From an uncultured Halobacteriales archaeon (GTDB taxonomy: Archaea; Halobacteriota; Halobacteria; Halobacteriales; Halobacteriaceae), in NCBI GenBank assembly GCA_964651725.1, contig CAZYYH010000001.1, positions 2,868 to 66,867 on the forward strand: a DNA stretch of 64,000 bases, in the 5' to 3' direction. Under the pieces are notes generated by a model. It saw nothing but the letters and a program-made list of their open reading frames with translations. It had not been told where the DNA came from and did not search any database. Shown here one piece after another: positions 56,158 to 64,000 of this stretch. Positions within the stretch are counted from its first letter, which is position 1. Every line of letters begins with the position of its first letter. A program made the translations under genes and the position numbers.

Positions 56158-56943
56158 TCACTTCGCCAGCGCGAGCGCGTAGTGCGCCGACCCCTCGTCG
56201 CGCCGGAGCACGCCGGTGACCGACCACGCCGTCGCCGCCACGGCCTCGCGGAACCGCTCGGGGTCCACGAGCAGGAAGTCGAGCGTGCGGCCGATGGTGT
56301 CGCCGGGCCGCGGCTCGGTCGGGTCGGCGTCGTCTCCCGCCTCCGCGTGCCGGCCTTCGCGGTACTCGAAGTGGAACGTCCGTCTGGCCATCCCGCGTCG
56401 GAAGTCCCGGCGGTAGCCGAACACCTCCTCGAACCCCTCGACGGTCGGGTCGAGCATGTCCACGACGGCGGTCCCGTCGGCGTCCGTAATCCTGGCGAAC
56501 TCCGCGAGCAGCGCGCTCATCCCCGTGAGCGACGACGCGATGCTGATCTGCGTGCCGACGACGTGGACGGACCGGAACTGCCCGTCGGGGACGGCGAGGT
56601 CGAACATGTCCATCATCTCTGCGTTCTCGACGCCGCGCTCCCGGGCCGCCTCGACCGCGCCGGGGCTGACGTCCACTGCCAGCGTCTCGTAGCGCTCCTG
56701 GAACCACAGCGCGTCCCGACCCGCGCCGCAGCCGACGTCGATGACTGGTCCGTCAACGTACTCGAACCGCCTGCTGGCGAACTCGCTCGGGTCGAACGGG
56801 TCGCCGAAGTAGTTCTCCTCGACGAGGCCGTCCTGCATTTGGTCGCCATCCCGGTAGAGCAGGTCGCCGCGCTCGTACTCGCCGCGCTGGTACGCGAGCA
56901 TCGCCTGCCCGAGCAGATCGGGGCGTGCCATGCGTGCTATCAC
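56158..56943 (-). CDS. class I SAM-dependent methyltransferase
   Basis: VIDVGCGAGRDAL is motif I, and the Rossmann-type spacing follows. Confidence 0.8.
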   Translation of the reverse strand: MIARMARPDLLGQAMLAYQRGEYERGDLLYRDGDQMQDGLVEENYFGDPFDPSEFASRRFEYVDGPVIDVGCGAGRDALWFQERYETLAVDVSPGAVEAARERGVENAEMMDMFDLAVPDGQFRSVHVVGTQISIASSLTGMSALLAEFARITDADGTAVVDMLDPTVEGFEEVFGYRRDFRRGMARRTFHFEYREGRHAEAGDDADPTEPRPGDTIGRTLDFLLVDPERFREAVAATAWSVTGVLRRDEGSAHYALALAK

Positions 56944-57173
56944 ACCGCAATTGTCATAAAACCATAGTGTAAATGGTTACCATTCACATCCCTCCTGCGG
57001 TTGAGGCATATCAGCGAAGAGCCAGTTCGACCACTAGGAGCCGAGACCGGCCGAGAAACCGGTTTCGAGAGCAGGCCGAAAACGCCCGGACACCAGGCTA
57101 GCAACCGCGAGCGAGGGCGGCTTCGCCGCCCGAGCGAGCCGTCTTTTTTGCTGGAGCTTTTTTGCGCGAGCGG

Positions 57174-57209
57174 TTCGCGGCCGCAGGCCGCGAACCCGAG
57201 CGGAAAAAA
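57174..57209 (-). terminator. hairpin plus T6 tract downstream of the helicase gene
   Basis: A perfect 9-bp stem ttcgcggcc-gca-ggccgcgaa lies at 57174-57194. On the minus strand, TTTTTT (57204-57209) begins 5 nt after the stop codon (57214-57216). Confidence 0.5.
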
Positions 57210-57213
57210 GGTC

Positions 57214-60072
57214 CTACCAGAACGCCTTCGTTCGAGCATATTCTCTCTCGCGCTCCAGGATGTCCCGGTAGAAGTCGGCTTCGTCCTCGCGGTGGCGGTT
57301 GATGACGCGGGCGGCGTTCTGCGGGCCGATGCCGCGCGCGGTGAGTGCGATGACGGCTTTCCGGCCGTGGCTCTGGACGATGGAGGCGTTCCGGAACGCG
57401 CGCTGGGTGAGTGTGTCCTGCTCGTCGTCCTTCTCGGGCGCGCGGACGGCTTTGACGGTGTCGTCGGCCCACGGGGAGAGCGCGGCGATGCGGGTGGAGC
57501 CACATCTGGGGCACTCGGGCTGGTCGGGGACGCGCTCGACCTTGGTCTCCTGGTCCCAGTCGGTGCAGTGGACGCAGAAGAGGCGGACGCGGTCGTCCTG
57601 GATGCGCTCGCGCACGGTCTCGACGACGCTGGCGTCGGCGTTCTCGGGCGCGAGGAGTTCGCGGCCGGAGGAGCGTCCGTCGACGCCGACCGGAGTGTGG
57701 CCGCCCGTGACGGCGACGGCGAGGTCGCCGGACTGGACGGCGCGGAGCACGTCGCTCGCGCCGTCGGTGTCGAGATCCTCGTGGAACACCTCGCGGACGG
57801 CCTCGTCGTACATCGGGGTGTCTTCGAGTGCGGCGAGCACGCGGTCGAGGGAGATGCGCTGGCTGCCCTGCCAATCTTTCAGCGCGCCGAACTTCGCGGC
57901 GACCTGCGACAGCGTGAACTTGAGGGTGTCGGAGTGCTTGAGCGAGAGTTCGATCAGGGGTGCGACGTGGTCGGGGTCGATGTCGCGGAGGAGGTCGGCG
58001 ACGTCGGTGCCGGACACCCCGGCGGGCACGTCGAGTTCGATGCGGTACGGATCCACCTCCATGCCGACGGAGGAGCCGGTGCGCTGGCCGAGGAGCGCGG
58101 AGAGCATGCGGCCGAGCGTCTCGTTCACCTTGTGCCCGAAGCAGGCGTTGACGACGATGCTCCGGGCCTCGCTCTCGACGACGACGGTGTCGGCGGTCGG
58201 CCAGGGTGCGTCGGTCTCGGCGTGGCGCTCCAGGGTGTCGAGCCCGCTCGCGGCGGTGTGCTCGCCCGCCGGGTAGCGGTCGGCGAACTCGCGGGCGACG
58301 CCCGACCGGGGTGCGCCGCGGTCGAACTGCGGCCCCGCCACGGCGCGCATCTCGCCGACCTCCTGGGCGACGTCGCGGGGCACCGGAATCTCCTGGCCGA
58401 CCCACGACGGCACCTCGCCGGTCGGGTCCTCGATGGGGCTGACCTCGACGCGGCCCTCCTCCTCGTCCACCTCCGCGATGCGCCACATCTCGCCGCGCTG
58501 GACGAACACCTCGCCCGGCTCCGCGAAGTTCACGACGAACTTCTCGTCGAGCGTGCCGACCTGGCGGCCGGAGGCCACGTCGTACACCTCGTAGGTCTCC
58601 TCGTCCGGGATCATCGAGAGGTTCGCGTAGAAGTACTGCCAGGTGCCGCCGGACTTCTCGATGCGGTCGTCCGCCTCGTTCAGCCACACCACGTGGTTGC
58701 CCGCGACCTCGCGCACGACGCCCTTGAACGTCTCCTCGTCCAGATCGCGGAACGGGTAGGCGCGGGTGACGATGTCGTACGCCCGGCGGGCGTCGATCTC
58801 GCCGAAGTCCATGGCGAGACCCACGATCTGGTTCGCCACCGTGTCGAGGCTGCCGTGGTGGATCTCCGCCGGCTCGACCTCGCCCGCCACCGCCCGCCGG
58901 GCTATCGCCATCGCCTCCAGCGTGTCGTCGGGGTGGCCGGTGACGATGGTGCCCCGTGAGACGCGATCCTGGCGGTGGCCCGCCCTGCCGACGCGCTGGA
59001 GCAGGCGCGCGACCTCCCGTGGGCTCTGGTACTGGACGACGTGGTCGATCGCGCCCACGTCGATGCCGAGTTCCATCGAGGACGTGCAGAGCAGGCCGTC
59101 CACGTCGCCCGCCTTGAACGCGTCCTCGACCTCCACCCGCGCCTCCTTCGACAGCGAGCCGTGGTGGACGCCGACGTTCGCGTCGAGTTCCTTGAACCGC
59201 GAGCCGAGTGCCTCCGCCGTCTGCCGCGTGTTCACGAAGACGAGCGTGGAATCGTGAGCCGCCACGATATCCAGGATCGTGCGGACGTGGCTCGCCATCT
59301 CCTCGCTGGTCATCAGTTCGGACGCCAGACGGCTGTCGCCGTCCTCGATCTCGGGCTCCACCACCTCGAACTCCACCTTGCTTCCCACGTCCACCTCGAC
59401 GACGGTGCAGCCCCTGTCGCCCGTCAGGAAGCGCCCGACCTCCGCGGGGTCGCCCACCGTCGCGGAGAGGCCGACGCGCTGGAACGGTCCCGCGAGTTCG
59501 CGCAGGCGCTCCAGTCCGATGGTGAGCTGTGCTCCGCGCTTCGCCGACGCGAGTTCGTGGACCTCGTCCACGACGACGTGTGACACGTCGGAGAGGGCCT
59601 TCCGGAGCTTCGACCCCGTGAGCATCGCCTGGAGGGTCTCCGGCGTCGTCACCAGCACGTCGGGCGGATTCTCCGCCTGCTTCTGGCGCTGGTAGCTCGT
59701 CGTGTCGCCGTGGCGCACGTCGACCTCCACGTCCAGCGTCTCGCCCCACCACTCCAGGCGCTCGCGCATGTCGCGGTTGAGTGCCCGGAGCGGCGTGACA
59801 TACAGCGTCGAGATGCCGAACGGGCGCTCGTCTCCCTCCGCGATGGCGTCGAGGATGGGCAACATTGCGGTCTCCGTCTTCCCCGTCCCCGTCGGCGCGA
59901 CGACGAGCGCGTTCTCGCCCCGGACCAGCGGCGGGATGGCGCGGCGCTGTGGCTCCGTCGGCTCCGAGAACCCGCGCTCGACCAGCGCCGAGCGCACCTC
60001 GTCGCCGAGGAGCGCGAACGCCGACCTCCCTGTGGACCGCTGTCCGGTCATCGACGGGCGTAGGCGGAGCAT
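57214..60072 (-). CDS. lhr: Lhr-like DEAD/DEAH-box ATP-dependent helicase
   Basis: APTGTGKTE is Walker A and VVVDEVHEL is the DEVH box. SATVG and HHGSLSKE motifs are present, followed by a long Lhr-type C-terminal extension. An alternative ATG lies at 60051. The longer track ORF to 60357 has an Arg/Gly-rich N-terminus that looks like an artefact. Confidence 0.9.
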   Translation of the reverse strand: MLRLRPSMTGQRSTGRSAFALLGDEVRSALVERGFSEPTEPQRRAIPPLVRGENALVVAPTGTGKTETAMLPILDAIAEGDERPFGISTLYVTPLRALNRDMRERLEWWGETLDVEVDVRHGDTTSYQRQKQAENPPDVLVTTPETLQAMLTGSKLRKALSDVSHVVVDEVHELASAKRGAQLTIGLERLRELAGPFQRVGLSATVGDPAEVGRFLTGDRGCTVVEVDVGSKVEFEVVEPEIEDGDSRLASELMTSEEMASHVRTILDIVAAHDSTLVFVNTRQTAEALGSRFKELDANVGVHHGSLSKEARVEVEDAFKAGDVDGLLCTSSMELGIDVGAIDHVVQYQSPREVARLLQRVGRAGHRQDRVSRGTIVTGHPDDTLEAMAIARRAVAGEVEPAEIHHGSLDTVANQIVGLAMDFGEIDARRAYDIVTRAYPFRDLDEETFKGVVREVAGNHVVWLNEADDRIEKSGGTWQYFYANLSMIPDEETYEVYDVASGRQVGTLDEKFVVNFAEPGEVFVQRGEMWRIAEVDEEEGRVEVSPIEDPTGEVPSWVGQEIPVPRDVAQEVGEMRAVAGPQFDRGAPRSGVAREFADRYPAGEHTAASGLDTLERHAETDAPWPTADTVVVESEARSIVVNACFGHKVNETLGRMLSALLGQRTGSSVGMEVDPYRIELDVPAGVSGTDVADLLRDIDPDHVAPLIELSLKHSDTLKFTLSQVAAKFGALKDWQGSQRISLDRVLAALEDTPMYDEAVREVFHEDLDTDGASDVLRAVQSGDLAVAVTGGHTPVGVDGRSSGRELLAPENADASVVETVRERIQDDRVRLFCVHCTDWDQETKVERVPDQPECPRCGSTRIAALSPWADDTVKAVRAPEKDDEQDTLTQRAFRNASIVQSHGRKAVIALTARGIGPQNAARVINRHREDEADFYRDILEREREYARTKAFW

Positions 60073-60110
60073 CCGAATAAGCCCCTCGGACTCCGATGTG
60101 TGGTGGCGGG

Positions 60111-60794
60111 CTACCCCTCGTCGCCCGCGAGGTCGGTGTCCGCCAGTTCGTCCGGCCGGAGGTACGCCATCGCCTCCTCGTCGGTCACCTGGTCGAACTC
60201 CTCGTAGAACCGGCCGACCGCACCGAAGTAGCCCGGCGTATCCACGCACACCACCTCGTCCGCCTCGTCGCGCAGCCGCTCGACGGTGTCCGGCGGCCCG
60301 ACCGGCACCGCGAGGATCACCCGGGCCGCGTCCGCCGCCCGCACCGACCGCAGGCACGCCGTCGTCGTCGCGCCCGTCGCCACGCCGTCGTCCACCACCG
60401 CCACGCGCGTCCCGGCGAGGTCGAGCGGCGGCCGCCCGTGCCGGTAGCGCTCGGCTTTCTCCCGCGCCGTCGCCGCCGCGCGCTCTCGCTCCGCCTCGAC
60501 GTACTCCTCCCGGACGCCGAGCCGGTCCACCAGGTCGTCGTTCAGCCAGACGGAGCCGTCGCTCGCCGCCGCGCCGATGGCGAGTTCGGGGTTCCCCGGC
60601 GCACCCAGCTTCTTCGCCGCCACCACGTCGAGCGGCACGCCGAACGCGTCCGCGACCGCCCGCCCCACCGGCAGCCCGCCGCGCGGCACCGCCAGCACCA
60701 CGTCCACCTCGACGCCGCGGTCGCGCATGGCCTCCGCGAGTCGCTCCCCGGCCTCCTCGCGGTTCTCGAACATGGGTGTGAGTACGGTTCGCAC
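60111..60794 (-). CDS. phosphoribosyltransferase family protein
   Basis: 227 aa. RVAVVDDGVATGATTTA is a PRPP-binding motif. Confidence 0.85.
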   Translation of the reverse strand: MRTVLTPMFENREEAGERLAEAMRDRGVEVDVVLAVPRGGLPVGRAVADAFGVPLDVVAAKKLGAPGNPELAIGAAASDGSVWLNDDLVDRLGVREEYVEAERERAAATAREKAERYRHGRPPLDLAGTRVAVVDDGVATGATTTACLRSVRAADAARVILAVPVGPPDTVERLRDEADEVVCVDTPGYFGAVGRFYEEFDQVTDEEAMAYLRPDELADTDLAGDEG

Positions 60795-61062
60795 GGCAAT
60801 AAGCGCGGTGTGGAGGGAGTTCTGCTCAGCGTAGCCGGGACAGCCAGCGGGTGACGGCCGGCCGACCAGCCGCTCCGGGTGGGACTTCGGAAGCCCCCGG
60901 CCGCTGGACTCGGGAGCCTCGCTGTGCTCCTCGGTCGCTCGTTCGCTCCGCTCACTCGCTCCCTGCGGTGCTTGCGTCGGCTGCCTTCGTCCACCGGCCG
61001 GGGGCTTCCGGACCCGCCGCGGTCCATTTAGCTCAATTTAAGAGTGCCAACGGGACTCCCAC

Positions 61063-61374
61063 CTAGTCCCACGTCACCCAGGCCAGAAACGCGATCGCCG
61101 CCGTCTCCAGCACGCGCAGGAGCATCATGGCGTTCCCCGGGGGCCCGGGCATCTTCTCCGGCGACGCGAACCACGCGCTGAGCTGGGGGTCGAGCGCGAA
61201 GTACCAGATCGCCATAGCGTTCTCGGCGAGCAGCAGGGTGCCGAACACCAGCAGGCCGAGCGTGTGCTTCGACCGGAACTGCCGATAGTTCCGCGCCCAG
61301 ACGACGCAGAGTGCGGCGAGCAACAGCACGTTGGCGGCCGCAGCCGCCCGCACGACGCTTATCCAGACCCCCAT
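61063..61374 (-). CDS. small membrane protein
   Basis: 103 aa with 3-4 TM helices, downstream of the wHTH gene in the same orientation. Confidence 0.6.
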   Translation of the reverse strand: MGVWISVVRAAAAANVLLLAALCVVWARNYRQFRSKHTLGLLVFGTLLLAENAMAIWYFALDPQLSAWFASPEKMPGPPGNAMMLLRVLETAAIAFLAWVTWD

Positions 61375-61428
61375 CTGTACCTCCGTTCCGCCCGTGTCGG
61401 GTTATACGCTTTCCCAATTTCGGCCATA

Positions 61429-61704
61429 CTATTCCACCTTCTCCACGATTTCCTCCACGGTGTCCCAGTGGGTGCGCACCTGGTCGGTCGGCAGGTACAC
61501 CGCGCCGTACTCGTCCCCGGACTTCTCCACGATGTCGTTCTCGACGAGCACGTCGAGGTGGTGGCGCACCGTCTTGTAGTCGAGGTCGAGTTCCTCCGCG
61601 AGCTGGTTGGCGTTGCGAGGGCGCTCCGCGACGGCCCTGAGCAGGCGCACGCGGTTCTCGCCACCGCGCGTGCCCGTGAGCACGTACCAGAGGACGCCCT
61701 CCAT
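61429..61704 (-). CDS. ArsR-type winged-helix transcription regulator
   Basis: 91 aa. GENRVRLLRAVAERPRNANQLAEELDLDYKTVRHHLDVLVENDIVEK. Confidence 0.75.
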   Translation of the reverse strand: MEGVLWYVLTGTRGGENRVRLLRAVAERPRNANQLAEELDLDYKTVRHHLDVLVENDIVEKSGDEYGAVYLPTDQVRTHWDTVEEIVEKVE

Positions 61705-61969
61705 ACGTCGGGGTGACTCAAGCGTGCCTTGTAAGCACTCCGGACGGGGCGGCGGGAACCGGAACCGGGGACAGCGGCGAGGTGACCTGGAAAACCGGGG
61801 GACGACGCGGCGTCTTACGCTCGACGGTCCGGTACGGCCGACCCGGGTGGCGTTCGCACCCGTTCGCGTAAGACACGGGTGGGGTACGTCGTCTGACAGG
61901 GTTTTATGCTGTGACGGCCCCTACGATTGCGTCCACACGGGTTCCGCTCGTGTACAGGGGGAGACCACC

Positions 61970-62299
61970 ATGAGTACACCACACGACCGGCGGGGAGGGC
62001 GCGAGGATAGCCAGCCCACCCCCACGACGTACCACGCACAGTGGGACGATGGCCGCGACGACGAACTAAGCACGACCGTCGTCACCGCGGTCGCGGACGC
62101 GATGGGCGCGCGCGCCACCGACCTCGAACCGCTCAACCGGCAACTCGACCCGGACGCGCTCAACGGTCTCTTCGCCGGGGACGACAGCGGCGACTGCCGC
62201 GTCGCATTCCGGTTCAACGGCTTCGACGTCACCGTCTACGCGGACGGCCACATCGTCGTCAGCGACGCACCCCGAGTCCACCGGCCGCCTACTCGGTGA
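61970..62299 (+). CDS. HalOD1-like output-domain protein
   Basis: The internal ATG at 61970 gives 109 aa. LSTTVVTAVADAMGARATDLEPLNRQLDPDALNGLF...FNGFDVTVYADGHIVV matches the remembered HalOD1 pattern. Confidence 0.6.
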   Translation: MSTPHDRRGGREDSQPTPTTYHAQWDDGRDDELSTTVVTAVADAMGARATDLEPLNRQLDPDALNGLFAGDDSGDCRVAFRFNGFDVTVYADGHIVVSDAPRVHRPPTR

Positions 62300-62570
62300 A
62301 CAGGTGATTCTCGGTCGGCACCGCGAACAGCCCGATTCTCGCGCCGGCGTCCAGCCAGGCGTGCCCGTAGGAGAACGCCGCGAGCGCGTTCACCGGATCG
62401 TCCTCGTCCCGGAAGTGCCGACCGTCGTCCAGGTACGCCTGCGCCATCTCCTCGAACTCCGCGGCGGCCTCGCCGAGCGGCGTCCCCTCGGGCGGCACCG
62501 CCTCCGCCGCGTCGAGCGCTTCGGCGAGCAGACCCTCGTAGCGCGCCGTCTTCTCCGCTAAATCCGCCAT
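62289..62570 (-). CDS. DUF357-like small protein
   Basis: 93 aa. YLDDGRHFRDEDDPVNALAAFSYGHAWLDAGARIG resembles the DUF357 signature. Confidence 0.6.
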   Translation of the reverse strand: MADLAEKTARYEGLLAEALDAAEAVPPEGTPLGEAAAEFEEMAQAYLDDGRHFRDEDDPVNALAAFSYGHAWLDAGARIGLFAVPTENHLFTE

Positions 62571-62715
62571 ACCCGGCAGTGACGGGCGCGAGAGGTAAGT
62601 GCGTCGGTGCCAGGCGACAGCGGCGGACGGGCTTGTCTTGGTCCAGCGCGCCGTCGAACCGGCGAGTTCACCGGACAGCGCAAATTAAATACCGCTCGCC
62701 CGACGACGTTCTGGC

Positions 62716-64000
62716 ATGACGGAGCACGCGCGCGTCGAGATCTACACGAAGGAGCAGTGTCCGTACTGTGAGAAGGCGAAGGATCTCTTCGACGCGAAGG
62801 ACGTCGCCTACGAGGAGTACAACGTGACGGGCGACCCGGAGCTGTTCGAGGAGATGCGGGAGCGCGCGGACGGCCGCGAGACCGCACCCGAGGTGTTCGT
62901 GGACGGCGAACTGATCGGCGGGTGGGACGACACGCACGCGCTCGACGAGACGGGCGAGCTGGACGAGAAGCTGGGTATCGCGGCGGACGGCGGCGAGAGC
63001 GTCGTGGACCACCACCGACTCGTCGTCGCCGGCACGGGCATCGCGGGCCTCACCGCGGCGATCTACGCCGCGCGGTCGAACAACGACCCGCTGGTGCTGG
63101 AGGGCGACGAGCCGGGCGGCCAGCTCACGCTCACCACGGAGGTCGACAACTACCCGGGGTTCCCGGAGGGCATCTCCGGCCCGGACCTCGTGAACCGGAT
63201 GAAAGAGCAGGCGACGCGGTTCGGCGCGGAGGTAGAGCACGGCGTCGTGGAGCGCGTGGACGACGACGCGCGGCCGTTCCGCGTGGAACTCGCCGACGGC
63301 GACGCGTACACCTGTGACGCGTTCGTCGCGGCGTCGGGCGCGAGCGCGCGCACGCTCGGCATTCCCGGCGAGGACGCCCTGATGGGGTACGGCGTCTCGA
63401 CCTGCGCCACGTGCGACGGCGCGTTCTTCCGCGACGAAGAGATGATCGTCGTCGGCGGTGGCGACGCCGCGATGGAGGAGGCGTCCTTCCTGACGAAGTT
63501 CGCGGAGAAGGTGTACCTCGTCCACCGCCGCGAGGAGTTCCGCGCGGAGGACTACTGGATCGACCGCGTGATGGAGCACGTCGACGACGGCAACATCGAG
63601 GTCGTGCGGAACGCGGAGGTCACGGAGATACACGGCGAGGAGGCGACGGGCGTCGACACCGTCGACCTGGTCCGCCACCCCGAGGGCTACCCCACCGACA
63701 AGCTCGACGACCCCGACACCGAGGAGTTCGAGATGGACGTGGGCGCGGTGTTCCTCGCCATCGGCCACACGCCGAACACGGGCTACCTGGCGGACACCGG
63801 CGTGGAGCTGGACGAGGAGGGCTACATCCGGACGAAGGGCGGCATGGGCGGCGGGCAGACCGCGACGGACGTGCCCGGCATCTTCGGCGCGGGCGACGTG
63901 GTGGACTTCCACTACCAGCAGGCGGTCACCGCGGGCGGCATGGGCTGCAAGGCCGCCATCGACGCCGACGAGTTCCTGGAGAGCGGCGGCCTCGCCGAGC
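62716..64000 (+). CDS. trxB: glutaredoxin-domain / thioredoxin-disulfide reductase fusion (3' end outside the window)
   Basis: Not in the ORF track because no stop occurs before the window end. I translated it by hand: MTEHARVEIYTKEQCPYCEKAKDLF... is Grx-like (CPYC). It continues with VVAGTGIAGLTAAIYAAR (FAD GxGxxG), CATCDG (redox CxxC), VVGGGDAAMEEA (NADPH-binding) and GIFGAGDV. The 414-aa track ORF on the opposite strand is antisense noise. Confidence 0.9.
   Translation, partial: MTEHARVEIYTKEQCPYCEKAKDLFDAKDVAYEEYNVTGDPELFEEMRERADGRETAPEVFVDGELIGGWDDTHALDETGELDEKLGIAADGGESVVDHHRLVVAGTGIAGLTAAIYAARSNNDPLVLEGDEPGGQLTLTTEVDNYPGFPEGISGPDLVNRMKEQATRFGAEVEHGVVERVDDDARPFRVELADGDAYTCDAFVAASGASARTLGIPGEDALMGYGVSTCATCDGAFFRDEEMIVVGGGDAAMEEASFLTKFAEKVYLVHRREEFRAEDYWIDRVMEHVDDGNIEVVRNAEVTEIHGEEATGVDTVDLVRHPEGYPTDKLDDPDTEEFEMDVGAVFLAIGHTPNTGYLADTGVELDEEGYIRTKGGMGGGQTATDVPGIFGAGDVVDFHYQQAVTAGGMGCKAAIDADEFLESGGLAE

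Noticed and set aside
57001-58959. A 652-aa plus-strand ORF and an 884-aa alternative minus-strand frame over the helicase gene.
   Set aside because: Only the 57214..60072 frame carries the Walker A, DEVH and Lhr motifs. The others are Arg/Gly/Ala-rich GC artefacts.
62668-63912. A 414-aa minus-strand ORF.
   Set aside because: It is antisense to the clearly motif-bearing Grx-TrxB frame, which runs off the window end.

Overview
This is a high-GC haloarchaeal chromosome segment. Sampled lines are about 70% GC. The proteins are acidic, and I see a PGF-CTERM signal, a HalOD1 domain, CDC48, Lhr and a KhtT/KhtU-like antiporter.

**Host DNA.** Positions 48.2-64 kb are ordinary host genes, starting at a tRNA-Pro(GGG) gene on the minus strand.

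**Integrated elements.** The 13-nt 3' end of that tRNA (TGGGACCGCTGAG) recurs at 3786-3798 and at 1196-1208.
- Positions 3.8-48.2 kb therefore form a ~44-kb integrated virus/plasmid-like element. A tyrosine integrase sits at its distal end.
- Positions 1.2-3.8 kb are a decayed tandem remnant. It carries a 5'-truncated integrase copy and a secreted hydrolase gene.

**The 44-kb element is a mosaic.**
- An integrase operon with small Zn-ribbon ORFs.
- A ~16-kb low-GC island (about 40% GC on sampled lines). It contains many membrane proteins, a Panacea-like gene coupled to a PD-(D/E)xK nuclease gene, a TGT-like gene, a Zn-ribbon/HEPN-like gene and a 1.4-kaa type IIG restriction-modification enzyme.
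- A serine recombinase gene.
- A 12.6-kb translationally coupled operon of secreted and membrane proteins with a P-loop ATPase, which looks like a virion or vesicle module.
- A 3.1-kb low-GC insert with two HEPN (RNxxxH) genes.
- A leftward operon next to the tRNA encoding a Rep-like wHTH protein, two C5 and one Dam-like DNA methyltransferases, and a J-domain protein.

**Most unusual signal.** A 27-bp imperfect palindrome (TGCTGnAT-N11/12-ATnCAGCA) occurs at least six times. Each copy lies at a border of a low-GC single-gene cassette, and one lies 130 bp from the serine recombinase gene. Two copies form a 21/22 inverted pair 17.3 kb apart.

All family assignments come from motifs read by eye. 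No database search was run.
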